Positions 53,755 to 64,000 of a stretch of DNA of 64,000 bases are shown piece by piece. Origin of the DNA: Octopus sinensis (lineage: Eukaryota); the NCBI RefSeq assembly GCF_006345805.1, contig NC_042997.1, positions 48,794,001 through 48,858,000 of the forward strand, read 5' to 3'. Under the pieces are notes generated by a model. It did not search any database. It saw only the letters and a program-made list of their open reading frames with translations, and was not told the DNA's origin. Position numbers and translations under genes: made by a program. Position 1 is the first letter of the stretch, and each line of letters opens with the position of its first letter.

Positions 53755-54131
53755 TTTACTTGTTTCAGTCATTTGACTGCGGCCATGCTGGAGCACCGCC
53801 TTTAGTTGAGCAAATCGACCCCGGGACTTATTCTTTGTAAGCCCAGTACTTATTCTATCGGTCTCTTTTGCCGAACCACTAAGCATCGGTTGTCAAGCAA
53901 TGCTAGGGGGACAAACACAGACACACAAACACAGACACACACATACATACATATATATACATATATACGACAGGCTTCTTTCAGTTTCCGTCTACCAAAT
54001 CCACTCACAAGGTATTGGTTGGCCCGGGGCTACATCAGAAGACACTTGCCCAAGATGCCACGCAGTGGGACTGAACCCGGAACCATGTGGTTGGTTAGCA
54101 AGCTACTTACCACACAGCCACTCCTGCGCCT
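53755..54131 (-). mobile_element. SINE family A copy (short internal deletion)
   Basis: Near-identical to 44483-44899 except for loss of the tgacgg..acaccag segment. Confidence 0.92.
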
Positions 54132-54295
54132 TTATATACTTTATTTAAAAGAGGTAGAATATAACAAAAGCTCTTACTCAGAGTTTCATGTTCCTGTTCG
54201 TCGGACATTTTTGTTAAAATAAGACAAAATAAATAAAGCATATTACTCTACTTCTGGTATTTTTCCACCTTGTTTCACATTTATGGGCTTACTCC

Positions 54296-54380
<85 letters not shown>

Positions 54381-54439
54381 CATGTATATGTATATGTATA
54401 TGTATACGTGTGTGTGTATCTGTATATATATCTATTTAT

Positions 54440-54506
54440 ACTTAGAATAACTTAGAAAGGTTTTGGCCAGTATTGGCCCAGGCCATGTCTAACTTAATAG
54501 CACCAC

Positions 54507-54508
<2 letters not shown>
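54440..54508 (-). mobile_element. ~70-bp 3' tail of the CR1 family at 42608
   Basis: acttagaataacttagaaaggttttggccagtattggcccaggccatgtctaa.ttaatagcaccacct matches 42609-42677. Confidence 0.9.
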
Positions 54509-54551
<43 letters not shown>

Positions 54552-55531
54552 TACTAGATATATATACAGATACACTCACCACATATACATATCTGTATAT
54601 ATATTATATATATATATCTGTATAATATATATATATATATTATATATACATAGGTATATATACAGATACACACACACATATACATATACATATACATACA
54701 TACACACCCACACACACACATATATATATATCAAACAATTAATGATACATGCATGTAAGACAATTTAGTAACACTGATATAACTGGATACAGATCACGAA
54801 ACAGCTGTCCACTAAGGAAATAACCAACTCTCTCCTCTTGTTTTGGTTGATTATTATACATACATTCATGTGCGTGTTTGTTGGTGTAAGCTTGTATTGT
54901 ATTTAGTCAAGTAGCTCAACATTTGAAGTTTAAATCCCATCACGTTGGATTTTCATCCCTGAGCGGGGGGGGATGTTAATAAAATGTATGACTAAATTAC
55001 TGGATCATTGTAATCAAATAATGCTCACACCATCCACCCAATATAAGATATTGTGCCTATTATGTCAGAAAACGATATGTGTATGCATATTCTCTAATAT
55101 TTCCGTAAATATAATTCATGTGATATTATACATAAACACAATCGAAACCCGAGGACAAATATGACTAATATTGATTTAAATATATATTTATGAACATACA
55201 ACGTTATTTACTAAACTTCATCGAAGGGAAACCACAAATAGTTGGGTCGATAAAATGTTTAGATACGAACTAGAAGGACGTTATTTCGTCGTTGAACTTG
55301 CATAGAAACTATAACTAACTTTGAAGGGGAAATATATATCAGATAATAACATTTTATATCCGTTAATATTTCAACTGGAACACAATGGCTCCGGGACAAA
55401 AGTTCAATGAATCACAACAACGGGAGCGCAGTACATTTAAGTTAAACGAACATTTCATAACGCAGAATGGTTTTGGCGTTGTTTTCAAATCAAATGAGTG
55501 TGTGTGTGTGTGTGTGCGTGTGTGTGTGTGT

Positions 55532-55582
<51 letters not shown>

Positions 55583-56811
55583 TGTGTGTGTGTCAACATA
55601 ATGTATAGGAGATCGATCTTCTGGCAATGTGTGTATGTCAGGGTGACCATTGTCTGTGTGAGAACGTTCGTATCTTAATGTATATATATATATATATATA
55701 TATATAAATACATATATACATATATCAATATGAATGTCTTTTATATACAGTCTGTGTGTGTAGTGTGTATTCTATGTATGTACATGTGCGTATGTGTGTG
55801 TATTTATGCATATATTTATGTATATGCATGTGTGTATATATGCATATATATTTCTATATATATATATATATATATATCTATATATATAAAGAGAGAGAGG
55901 AGGAGAGACAGGGAGAGAAAGAAAGGCCATGTCTGGCTTTCAGCGTCAGTGACGGATGTATTTTGGGGTTTTTTTCTTGCTGTTGTCTGAGCTAATCACT
56001 TCCTCTTCGACTCTTAGACGCTAACTCATTTGAATGTCTTTTTGTCAAAAATTTTATTTCATTGTTAAGAATGCGCTCGGTTTTGTTTATATCGTCTCCT
56101 TAGTAACATTGAAATTGACGCCATAGAAAGGCGTGTAGTGGGTAGCAATTTGTCAAACTGCGCTATCAGATTGGTTAAAGAAATGAAAAAAGTTAATACT
56201 TACACTGAATATTATGCAGGTTTGACTCGGTTGAAATGTCGCGTTACACACGCAACTCTTACTGGTTATCTTGAAGTTTTATATGAAAGCTGGTTGAATG
56301 CTGCATTATTACCGAGGGTCCTTACCAGTGGCAACAATGAAGGACTAATTTTACTATGACTGTAGATTTTAGTGGAGTGAACTATGCCCGTTAGATATGT
56401 GGTGCAACTACAGTGAAGAGACGAATATCACTTTTACTGATTCTACTTTTGTTAGCCTTCCTTTAGAAACGTGTATCATTGTGTACATAAGTATACGTAT
56501 TAATTCTTAATACAAACACACACATAATATACATATGTCCATACATACACACATGCACATATATATACATGTGAATATCTATCTATATGTATGTGTATTT
56601 CTGTATCAGAGTGGGCGCGCGTGTGTATGTGTATTTATATGTGTGTGTGTGTTTATGTGTACGTGTGTGTGCGTGCATCCTCGCGTTGTTTCTTCTTGCT
56701 TGTTCCTGTTTGGATTGAGTATATATATATATATATATGAATTGGCGTAAATTTGTAGATATACCTTTGCTAAACGTTCAATACAACCAGAACACTAATA
56801 CAAGTTTTTAC

Positions 56812-57045
56812 CTGAAGAAACGAACAAATATAACAATGGCTCCCCTTAAAATCCATAGATATTGCATATCATATTTGTAATGTCCTATGGATGAGGAATG
56901 CAGCCACAAGAAGCATGTGATTTGAAGGAACATACGTAGCAATTCATTAAGGTATTTATGAATTTCCATCCAAAAGTTCTCATTGTCACTATATTCATCG
57001 TACGCTACAGCGGCCCCAGACTGATACCTATTCCATAGAATTACC
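56812..57045 (-). CDS. Candidate internal coding exon (234 bp, phase 2-2), membrane-protein-like
   Basis: Acceptor tttattatcccatcttccAG, donor CAG|GTAAAA; only one frame is open: VILWNRYQSG...LRMFLQITCFLWL...LWILRGAIVIFVRFF. Confidence 0.55.
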
Positions 57046-57159
57046 CTGGAAGATGGGATAATAAACGGTAGCCGAAAAATATAGCATGGAAGCTCTTTAT
57101 GAGCCACTCAAAAACGTTTCCCATAAACGAACGTAAAGGATGTATGTATGTATATGTAA

Positions 57160-57192
<33 letters not shown>

Positions 57193-58446
57193 GAGAGAGA
57201 CAGAAAGACGCAGCTATGACTCTAGGCACAGACTTGGTTGTATGATTAAGACGTTCGCTTCACAGCCGCATGGTTACGAGCAGATCTCGCCCTGCGGTGC
57301 ACCTTTGATGTCTTCTACGATTTTGCCCTGTCAACTATTGCCTTGTGAGTAACTGTGATAAGCGAAACCTGTGTGGAAGCCTGCTGTATGAACACACATA
57401 TATGTCTATGCATGGGCGTGTTTATGTGTACGTGTGTGTATGTGTGCATGTGTTTGTATGTACATATGTTTGCGCGAGTGTGCTAAAGGAAAATCTCCTA
57501 TGTAGTCTACGTCTCAAGCTCGAAACTCATTCGGTTATTCCTCATATCCAAAATTTCGAACTGTACTGAATAGTTTAGTAATTCATGAATGAATTCGATT
57601 CATATGTTTTGTTTTGTTTTTTATATTTTATAGGATGCGCAGCCATGAGACAATGAGAGTAAAAATTAGGGTGAGCATATGTAACGCAGATTCGACGCAA
57701 ACTCGACATTTTAACAAAATGACGAAAATAATGCTAAGACACTCGGCTGTTTGACATAGAGTATCTTCTGACAATGTTGTATCTCACTGGGCATCATACT
57801 CCAGTAATTCAAACTTAAAGCATATTTCTGTTTAGGTGTTGCCAAGTAATAATGATAAATGTACGACGAAGAGAAAAGAATAACTTTATTGCTTAACATT
57901 ATTTATTTAAAAAGTATGGTGCGCAATTCTTTGCAAGATTATAATTTTATTGGCTAACAAGCAAAAATGTAATTGTTAGGAAATTAAATAAGTAGAAGAC
58001 GCCACACCATGAAAAACAATTAGTATGATAGTATTAAAATATGTCATGCATGAAACGTTTTAGAAACTAATTAGAAATAAATATGGGGTGACAGAAAAAC
58101 GATATTTATCAATTACTAATTTTACACAAGTCTCAGTAGATATAATCCTATCAGATTCTCATCAGGGACAGTCACTGATAAGAAATCGATAGAATAAATT
58201 CTACTTTACCGAAGACTGTGAGCAATCGTTAATAGATGTATGTATGCATGCATGTATGTATAATACGTACATGCATGTACATATGTGTATGTAAACACAT
58301 GCATACACACGGCGCACGCGCATAAAAGCATGTACGCAATTTAAATTGGTTGGCATATGACCCAAATTTAGAATTCCATGCGAATCTTTGTACCTCGATG
58401 GAGCAAATCTACAGGAGAGTCGGTTCATCATTTATTTAAATGCGTC

Positions 58447-58533
58447 ATCTCACACGTGTTTCTGTGAAGAATATGTCCGGACTATACAATCCGAACCAGA
58501 TAATTTTGTCGAGTCTTCTACTTCATCAGAGAT
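58447..58533 (-). ncRNA. Degenerate type I hammerhead (PLE-type)
   Basis: ATCT-CTGATGA...GAAA-CACGTG-TG-AGAT: stem I and palindromic stem III intact; cleavage triplet GUG, presumably inactive. Confidence 0.6.
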
Positions 58534-58624
58534 TCTCAGACCTCCAGTTTCTCTCTTTCTCTCTCTTTCTCTCTCTCTCTCTCCCTCTCTCTCTTGTATG
58601 TATATATATATATATATATATATT

Positions 58625-61547
58625 TTCTAGTTTCAGCTCAGAGCTGCGGCCATGCTGATGCACCGCCGTTTTGTGCTACACTGTTATTACTACGAACCTC
58701 GTCTAATTGTGGCACTTGATGAAGAATGGAGTTTGATACACTACTCTCATTTGCACCTCTTGCCGTGAGGTAGGTTCATCTGGGACTCTTGACAGAAGAT
58801 GTCCAGCTTTGATTTAAAAACCGCTACATCTACTTTGTGCAAGTTCCTCAGACTCTTTGGCGGAAATATTAAAAAGCTGTGGGCCAAAGCTGTTCCTGAG
58901 CGTGGATGGCATTGCTAGGATTTTGCACTATGCAGTGTCGTCCCGTTCCTAGCATTGGTGTAGCTTACAATGCCAAAATTTGGCACAATTCCTTCCAGGA
59001 TCTTCCAGACATATTTACTGCATACCTCCATCCCGTCTTCTTTCCAGGGAGTAGAGTCTTAGCTGTTTCAACCTTTCCCAGTAACTAAGCAGTTGCAAGA
59101 TACGATCTCTTTGTGAATCTTCACTGGATTGCTTCAAGGTCCCTGTTGTTTACATGGGTGACCATAGCTGTGAGCAGTAATCCAGGCGACTGAGGACGAA
59201 TGTCCGCCAGAAGACCATCATGTGTTTTCCTTATCTCTGGTTTCTGAATGTTCTTAGTATCCACCCAGCCAGTCGTCTGCACTTTGTCGCCATCCTTGGA
59301 ATGTGCACTTGGAAAGAGGTATCATCACTCATGTCGATACCCAGGTCCCTCACAGACTTAGGCTCTGGGATTGAAATTCCCTGTGGACCGGTGTATCCTG
59401 CAAGTTTAATATTCAGCTTTGGATGCTGGTAGCGCAGGGCCTGGAATTTTTCAGCATTAAACTGCATATTATTATCCTCAGCCCATCTGTAAATTGAGTC
59501 CAACTCCTGCTGTAGGTGTGCAACATCGCTGGGGTTCTGTATTTTCTGCGAGACTTTCGTATCGTCTGCATAGCTGGCCAGAGTGGCTATCCGGGCATTT
59601 GAGGGCATATCTGAGAGGGCCACTATAAAAAGCAGTGGTCCCAAGAGAGTGCCCTGTGGAACACCGCTCACTATTTGTGTGTTCATAGAGGTGGCTCCAT
59701 TAACCACAACTGCCTGACTCCTCTCTTTCAGGAAGTCATGCAACCACACTCCAAGTTTTCCAGCTATGCCGAGGTCACATAGTTTTGTGGCATATCATAC
59801 CATGATCCACCTTGTCAGCAGCTTTTGCAAAATCAAGGTAGATTACGTCCACATTTGATTTGTTGAGTAACTGCCTCAACATCACCCGTCATAATGCTGT
59901 AAGAGCTGGGTCAGGCAGCTCCACCTGGTCGAAAACCATGCTGGTTATTACTACTCAGCAAGTTATTTTCCTAAGGAATGCGATTAGTTTCTTTCTGACT
60001 TTCCGTTCCATTACTTTGCTGATGTGTGAAGTCAGAGAGATAGGCCTATAGTGTTTTGCATCTGCTCTACTTCCCCTTTATGTTTGGGGGCATATTATTC
60101 CCTCCTTCAGCTTGCTTGGCAGTTTGCCATTCGCAAGAAAGCTCTGAAGAGAATCTTGAGGGGTTTTTGCCAGGGCATGCTTACACGCTTGAGGAGGATG
60201 GCTGGGAAACCGTCTGGACCAGCAGCTGAGTTTGTGTCCACTTCATCTATGGCTAGTAGACATCTTTTTCGCTAATGTCAATACATTCTATTGTAACCGC
60301 CTCGCTGGTTATAGGTGAGGCGGCAAAGAAGTCCACTGGTTCGTTCACTTGTCTGTGTTCCAACGGGGTGGTAAAGACACTTTTGAACTGGTCATTCAGC
60401 ATCTCACTGATCATAGTTGGACTGTCTGTGAGGGAGCCATCCTTTTGGAGGAGGGGTCCGATCTTGTAGTGCACTGAGACTGTTTCTTTCGCGTAATGAA
60501 AGAAGGCCTTTGGGTTTGATGTTTTTTATAACCCAGGCTTCTTTGTCTGCTTTCTCCTTCACATAGGATTGTTGCAGCCTTTTTCCGATCTCCATCAGTG
60601 TTGTTTTTAGGCGGGACGTTTCGCTACTTTTGGGATGTTGGTTGAGACGATTTGCAACCTTCGTCCGTCGTCTCATGAGGATCTTCCTGTCTCTTGGAAT
60701 CTTGCTCCTATTTGTTTTGGCCTTGTGCTCTGGGACATATTTCTGGCATACGGCTTGCACAGAAGACATGAAACATTCTAGTTTCATGTCAATGTCTGGT
60801 GTGGAGAGACATTCCGGCCAGTCCTCTCTGAGGATCTCTTTTTGGATCGATTTCCAATCTGCTTTGTGGAAGTTCATGTTGGAGAGATTTTGGGTGCTTC
60901 CTTTAGGCTGTATGTCTCTGGTTACTTTCGGCCCAAACGTAGACAGCTCTATTATGCTGTGATCCGAAACTGATGTCGGTGTCACTTTCACATCATGAAT
61001 GATGTCCATATTGTTCGTGAAGCAGAGATCCAGAATGTTATTTGCCCTTGTTGGCTTGAGTACAACTTGCTCCATGAATAAGGCATTGGTGAGGTTGAGC
61101 AGGGACTCCACCTGTACTTGCTTGCAATGATTCATTCCTGAAAGTATGTGACCTTCGGGCCATTTGACGTTGGGGAAGTTGAAATCACCCATAAGAAATA
61201 TGGTCACGTGGTGTTCCAGATTCATGAGGATTTCTTTAATTCTTGTGAGGCAATATTCAAACTTGCCTATGTGATTTGGGGCATCTGGTGGGCAATATGT
61301 ATTGCATATGACTATATTATGTTGTCTTATGTATACAATTAAGGTGTCACATACCGAATTTGAGTATGTCATCAAGACCTGGGGTGTGAGGTCATCTCGG
61401 ATGTATACAGCAACTCCACCATGGCTCCTTTCCCTTCTGTCTGTTCGCAGTATGGCATAGTTTGGTATGTGTACTTCTGCGTCCTCTATATCAGGGTTGA
61501 GGTGAGTTTCCACAAGTGCTATGCATAGGGCTTGATTGCATGCAGTA
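58625..61547 (-). mobile_element. CR1-type LINE, ORF2 (APE and RT) with 3' tail, truncated in the endonuclease N-terminus
   Basis: VETHL..HGGVAVYI..MGDFNFP..LDLCFTN..SDH (60404-61513), GKPSGP, YLDFAKA.DKVD, SGVPQGTLLGPLLF..YADDTK, RLDYCSQLWSP, LYSLERRR; several frameshifts; (TA)n flanks. Confidence 0.95.
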
Positions 61548-61572
61548 ATATATATATATATATATATACATA

Positions 61573-62066
61573 CCGTAAATCCTCGAGGGTAGTCCGCCTT
61601 TGAGTATAATACGCAGGGGATTTTTAGGGGTCTGTACCTCTGAAAAACCTAAACCTTGTGTATAATACGCACCCCTTCTCTAACTTAAGTCAATGAGGTC
61701 TATATAACGCCCTGTGTTTGTAAAAATGTATACAGTAACATCCTTTATTATTATTGTATATATAACATAATGCAAACGTGTAGCTTTCTTGTGCATTTTT
61801 TCTTGCAGAAAATAAAGAAGTAACAGTAATAACGTTTAATAAATGTTGCTTACTGCAATTTAAGGATGATTCTTGTATGACTTCATTGCTTTCAATGCGC
61901 CCTACATCACAAAATGCATCTGAATAAACATTGTCGGACAGCAAATGGAAACTCGGACATTTCTTAGAAAATAATTTTCATTTTTAACCTCGTATATAGT
62001 ACGCACTAGGGATTTTGACCTTTAAATTTTTTGGGGAAAATGCGGATTATACTCAAGGATTTACGG
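61573..62066. mobile_element. Tc1/mariner-superfamily (pogo/Tc2-like) MITE, 494 bp
   Basis: TIRs CCGTAAATCCTCGAGGGTAGTCCGC (61573-61597) and GCGGATTATACTCAAGGATTTACGG (62042-62066); TA on the left; internal GTATAATACGCA subrepeats. Confidence 0.85.
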
Positions 62067-62276
62067 TGTATATATATATATATATATATAATATATATAG
62101 GACGAATATATGTGCATGTGTGTATTTTTGCATATATGTATGTATTAGCAGAATACCCGTCATTCCTCAAGATCAAAAGCGGCTATAGGTTATTTTAAAT
62201 AAGGAATCATTTGTAATTGAAATACATTTAGCTTAACAGAACATCATTAGTTTTCTCTTGATACGTTATGTTTAAT

Positions 62277-62586
62277 ATCACGTGATTTTTTTCGTGACCG
62301 ACCAGACCATCAGATGTTGTTACACATCGCTGGTCACAATGCGTTCGCATTGTTTTAGCCTTCGAATGACGCCACCCCGCTGGCTAAGCGAGCAGGCCAA
62401 CAGACGAAAGAGTGAGAGAAAGAGTGGTGAAAGAGTACAGCAGGGATCACCCCATCCCTGCCGAAGCCTCGTGGAGCTTTTAGGTGTTTTCGCTCAATAA
62501 ACACACACGACGCCCGGTCTGGGAATCGAAACAGCGATCCTACGACCGCGAGTCCGCTGCCCTAACCACTGGGCCATTGCGCCTCC
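62277..62586 (-). mobile_element. tRNA-derived SINE (family D; head of family C, different tail)
   Basis: Minus strand GGAGGCGCAATGGCCCAGTGG...GTTTCGATTCCCAGACCGGGCG; tail matches 7346-7467. Confidence 0.9.
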
Positions 62587-62934
62587 ACATGTTTAATATA
62601 AGAAGTGTAATTGGGATCCAGTACGTTTATAACGGTCTGATGTCTAATCAATCCTACAGATGCACATCCCATATATATAGAACATCTAATTATGTAAATG
62701 ATATAAACGTCATTCAGGAAAATTATATAAGAACAGAGGATTAAATAAGATGTAGAAACATTAACGTAATAATTTCTTCTTGATAACCTTTGATAATTTG
62801 GAAAATAAGTAGATGCTCAAGTCTCGAGAAGTAAAGCACACAAGGAAATAAAAACATTCATGTGGTGTTGAGAGGAAATATATAGATCGGAGTAGTGAAG
62901 GAGTATCACATGTGGTGATAAAATAATTCTCTTT

Positions 62935-63934
62935 TATCTTTCATGTTTTACTTGTTTCAATCATTAGAATGCGGCCATGCTGGGGCACCGCCTTGAAGAA
63001 TTTTTAGCGAAGTGTATCGACCCCAGATTTTATTTTTTTTAAAGCATGATACTTGTTCTATCGGTTACAGTTACCGAACCGCTAGTTTATGGGGATATAA
63101 ACGCACCAGCAGCGGTTGTCAGTCGATGGTAGAATGGACAAGCACAGACAAAAAGACACACATTCATATATACATATAATTTTTTCTACTCCAGGCACAA
63201 GAACTAACATTTTGGGAGAGGGAGCCAATCGATTAGACCGACCCCAGTACGCAAGTGGTTCTTAATTTATCGACCTCGAAAGGATGAAAGCAAAGTCGAC
63301 CTCGGCGGAATTTAAACTCAACATAAAGACAGACGAAATACATATTTCTTTACTACCCACAAGGGACTAAACACAGAGGGGAGAAACAAGGTCAGACAAA
63401 AGGATTAAGTCGATTACATCGACCCCAGTGCGTAACTTTTTAATCGACCCCGAAAGGCTGAAAGGCAAAGTCAACCTCGGCGGAATTTGAACTCAGAACG
63501 TAGCGGCAGACATAATACCGCTAAGCATTTCGCCCGGCGTGCTAACGTTTCTGCCAGCTCACCGCCTTGGTATATATTTATAATGTTAATTAACGAGAGA
63601 CAACAGGTAACTTAAACTATGCTGGTGCTCTACTCAACATTTAAACACACTAATCGACTTATACTTCTTTGTCCAAATTATTTATTATTCTTATTATTAC
63701 TATTATTATTATTATTATTACTACTACTACTACTACTACTATTCTTATTATTACTATTATTATTATTACATATGACAAGCTGTTTTTCAGTTTACGTCTA
63801 CAAAATCCACTTACAAGGCTTTAGACGGCCCGCAGCCATAGAAGAAGACACTTTCCCTAGATCCCACACAGTGGGACTGAACCCCGGACCATGTGGTCGC
63901 GAAGCGAGCTTCTTACCACACAGCCACGCCTGCG
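62935..63934 (-). mobile_element. Nested SINE cluster: old family-A copy (62935-63175 and 63770-63934) interrupted by a family-B-type dimer (63180-63567)
   Basis: Family-A tail and head are separated by two B-type bodies joined at CAGACGAAATAC (~63329-63340). Confidence 0.85.
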
Positions 63935-64000
63935 TATATTACGTTAAATCTTCATTTATACAGTACTTATGTTATATTTGATCTGTATCCTTCATAGCCA

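Noticed and set aside
56138-56500. Short open frames and splice-like sites on both strands next to the candidate exon
   Set aside because: No acceptor/donor/phase combination links the 56812 and 53647 exons; insufficient support.

Overview
AT-rich, microsatellite-dense animal genomic DNA. The SINE/LINE repertoire fits an octopod cephalopod (inference). There are no prokaryotic features and no complete host gene; most ORFs in the supplied track are microsatellite artefacts. The window is mostly transposable elements: one full-length Tx1-group (L1 clade) LINE, CR1, R4/Dong-like, RTE and Penelope-like (PLE) fragments, three Helitrons, Tc1/mariner pieces and several tRNA-derived SINE families. 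Two or three candidate exons suggest a minus-strand membrane-protein gene. There are two main discoveries. (1) Two unrelated non-coding tandem repeats (482-bp and ~590-bp units, both inside (TA)n tracts) carry a type I hammerhead ribozyme in each full-length unit, i.e. retrozyme-like elements. The ~590-bp family forms a ~1.9-kb fold-back of multimers, and several more degenerate hammerheads lie in PLE-type terminal repeats. (2) A Tx1 LINE/SINE system: an apparently intact 5.35-kb Tx1 element sits, with a 13-bp TSD, inside the tRNA-derived head of a SINE. That SINE carries a Tx1-like 3' tail, and a second copy of it sits at the same target sequence elsewhere in the window. All alignments and folds were done by eye; no database searches were run.
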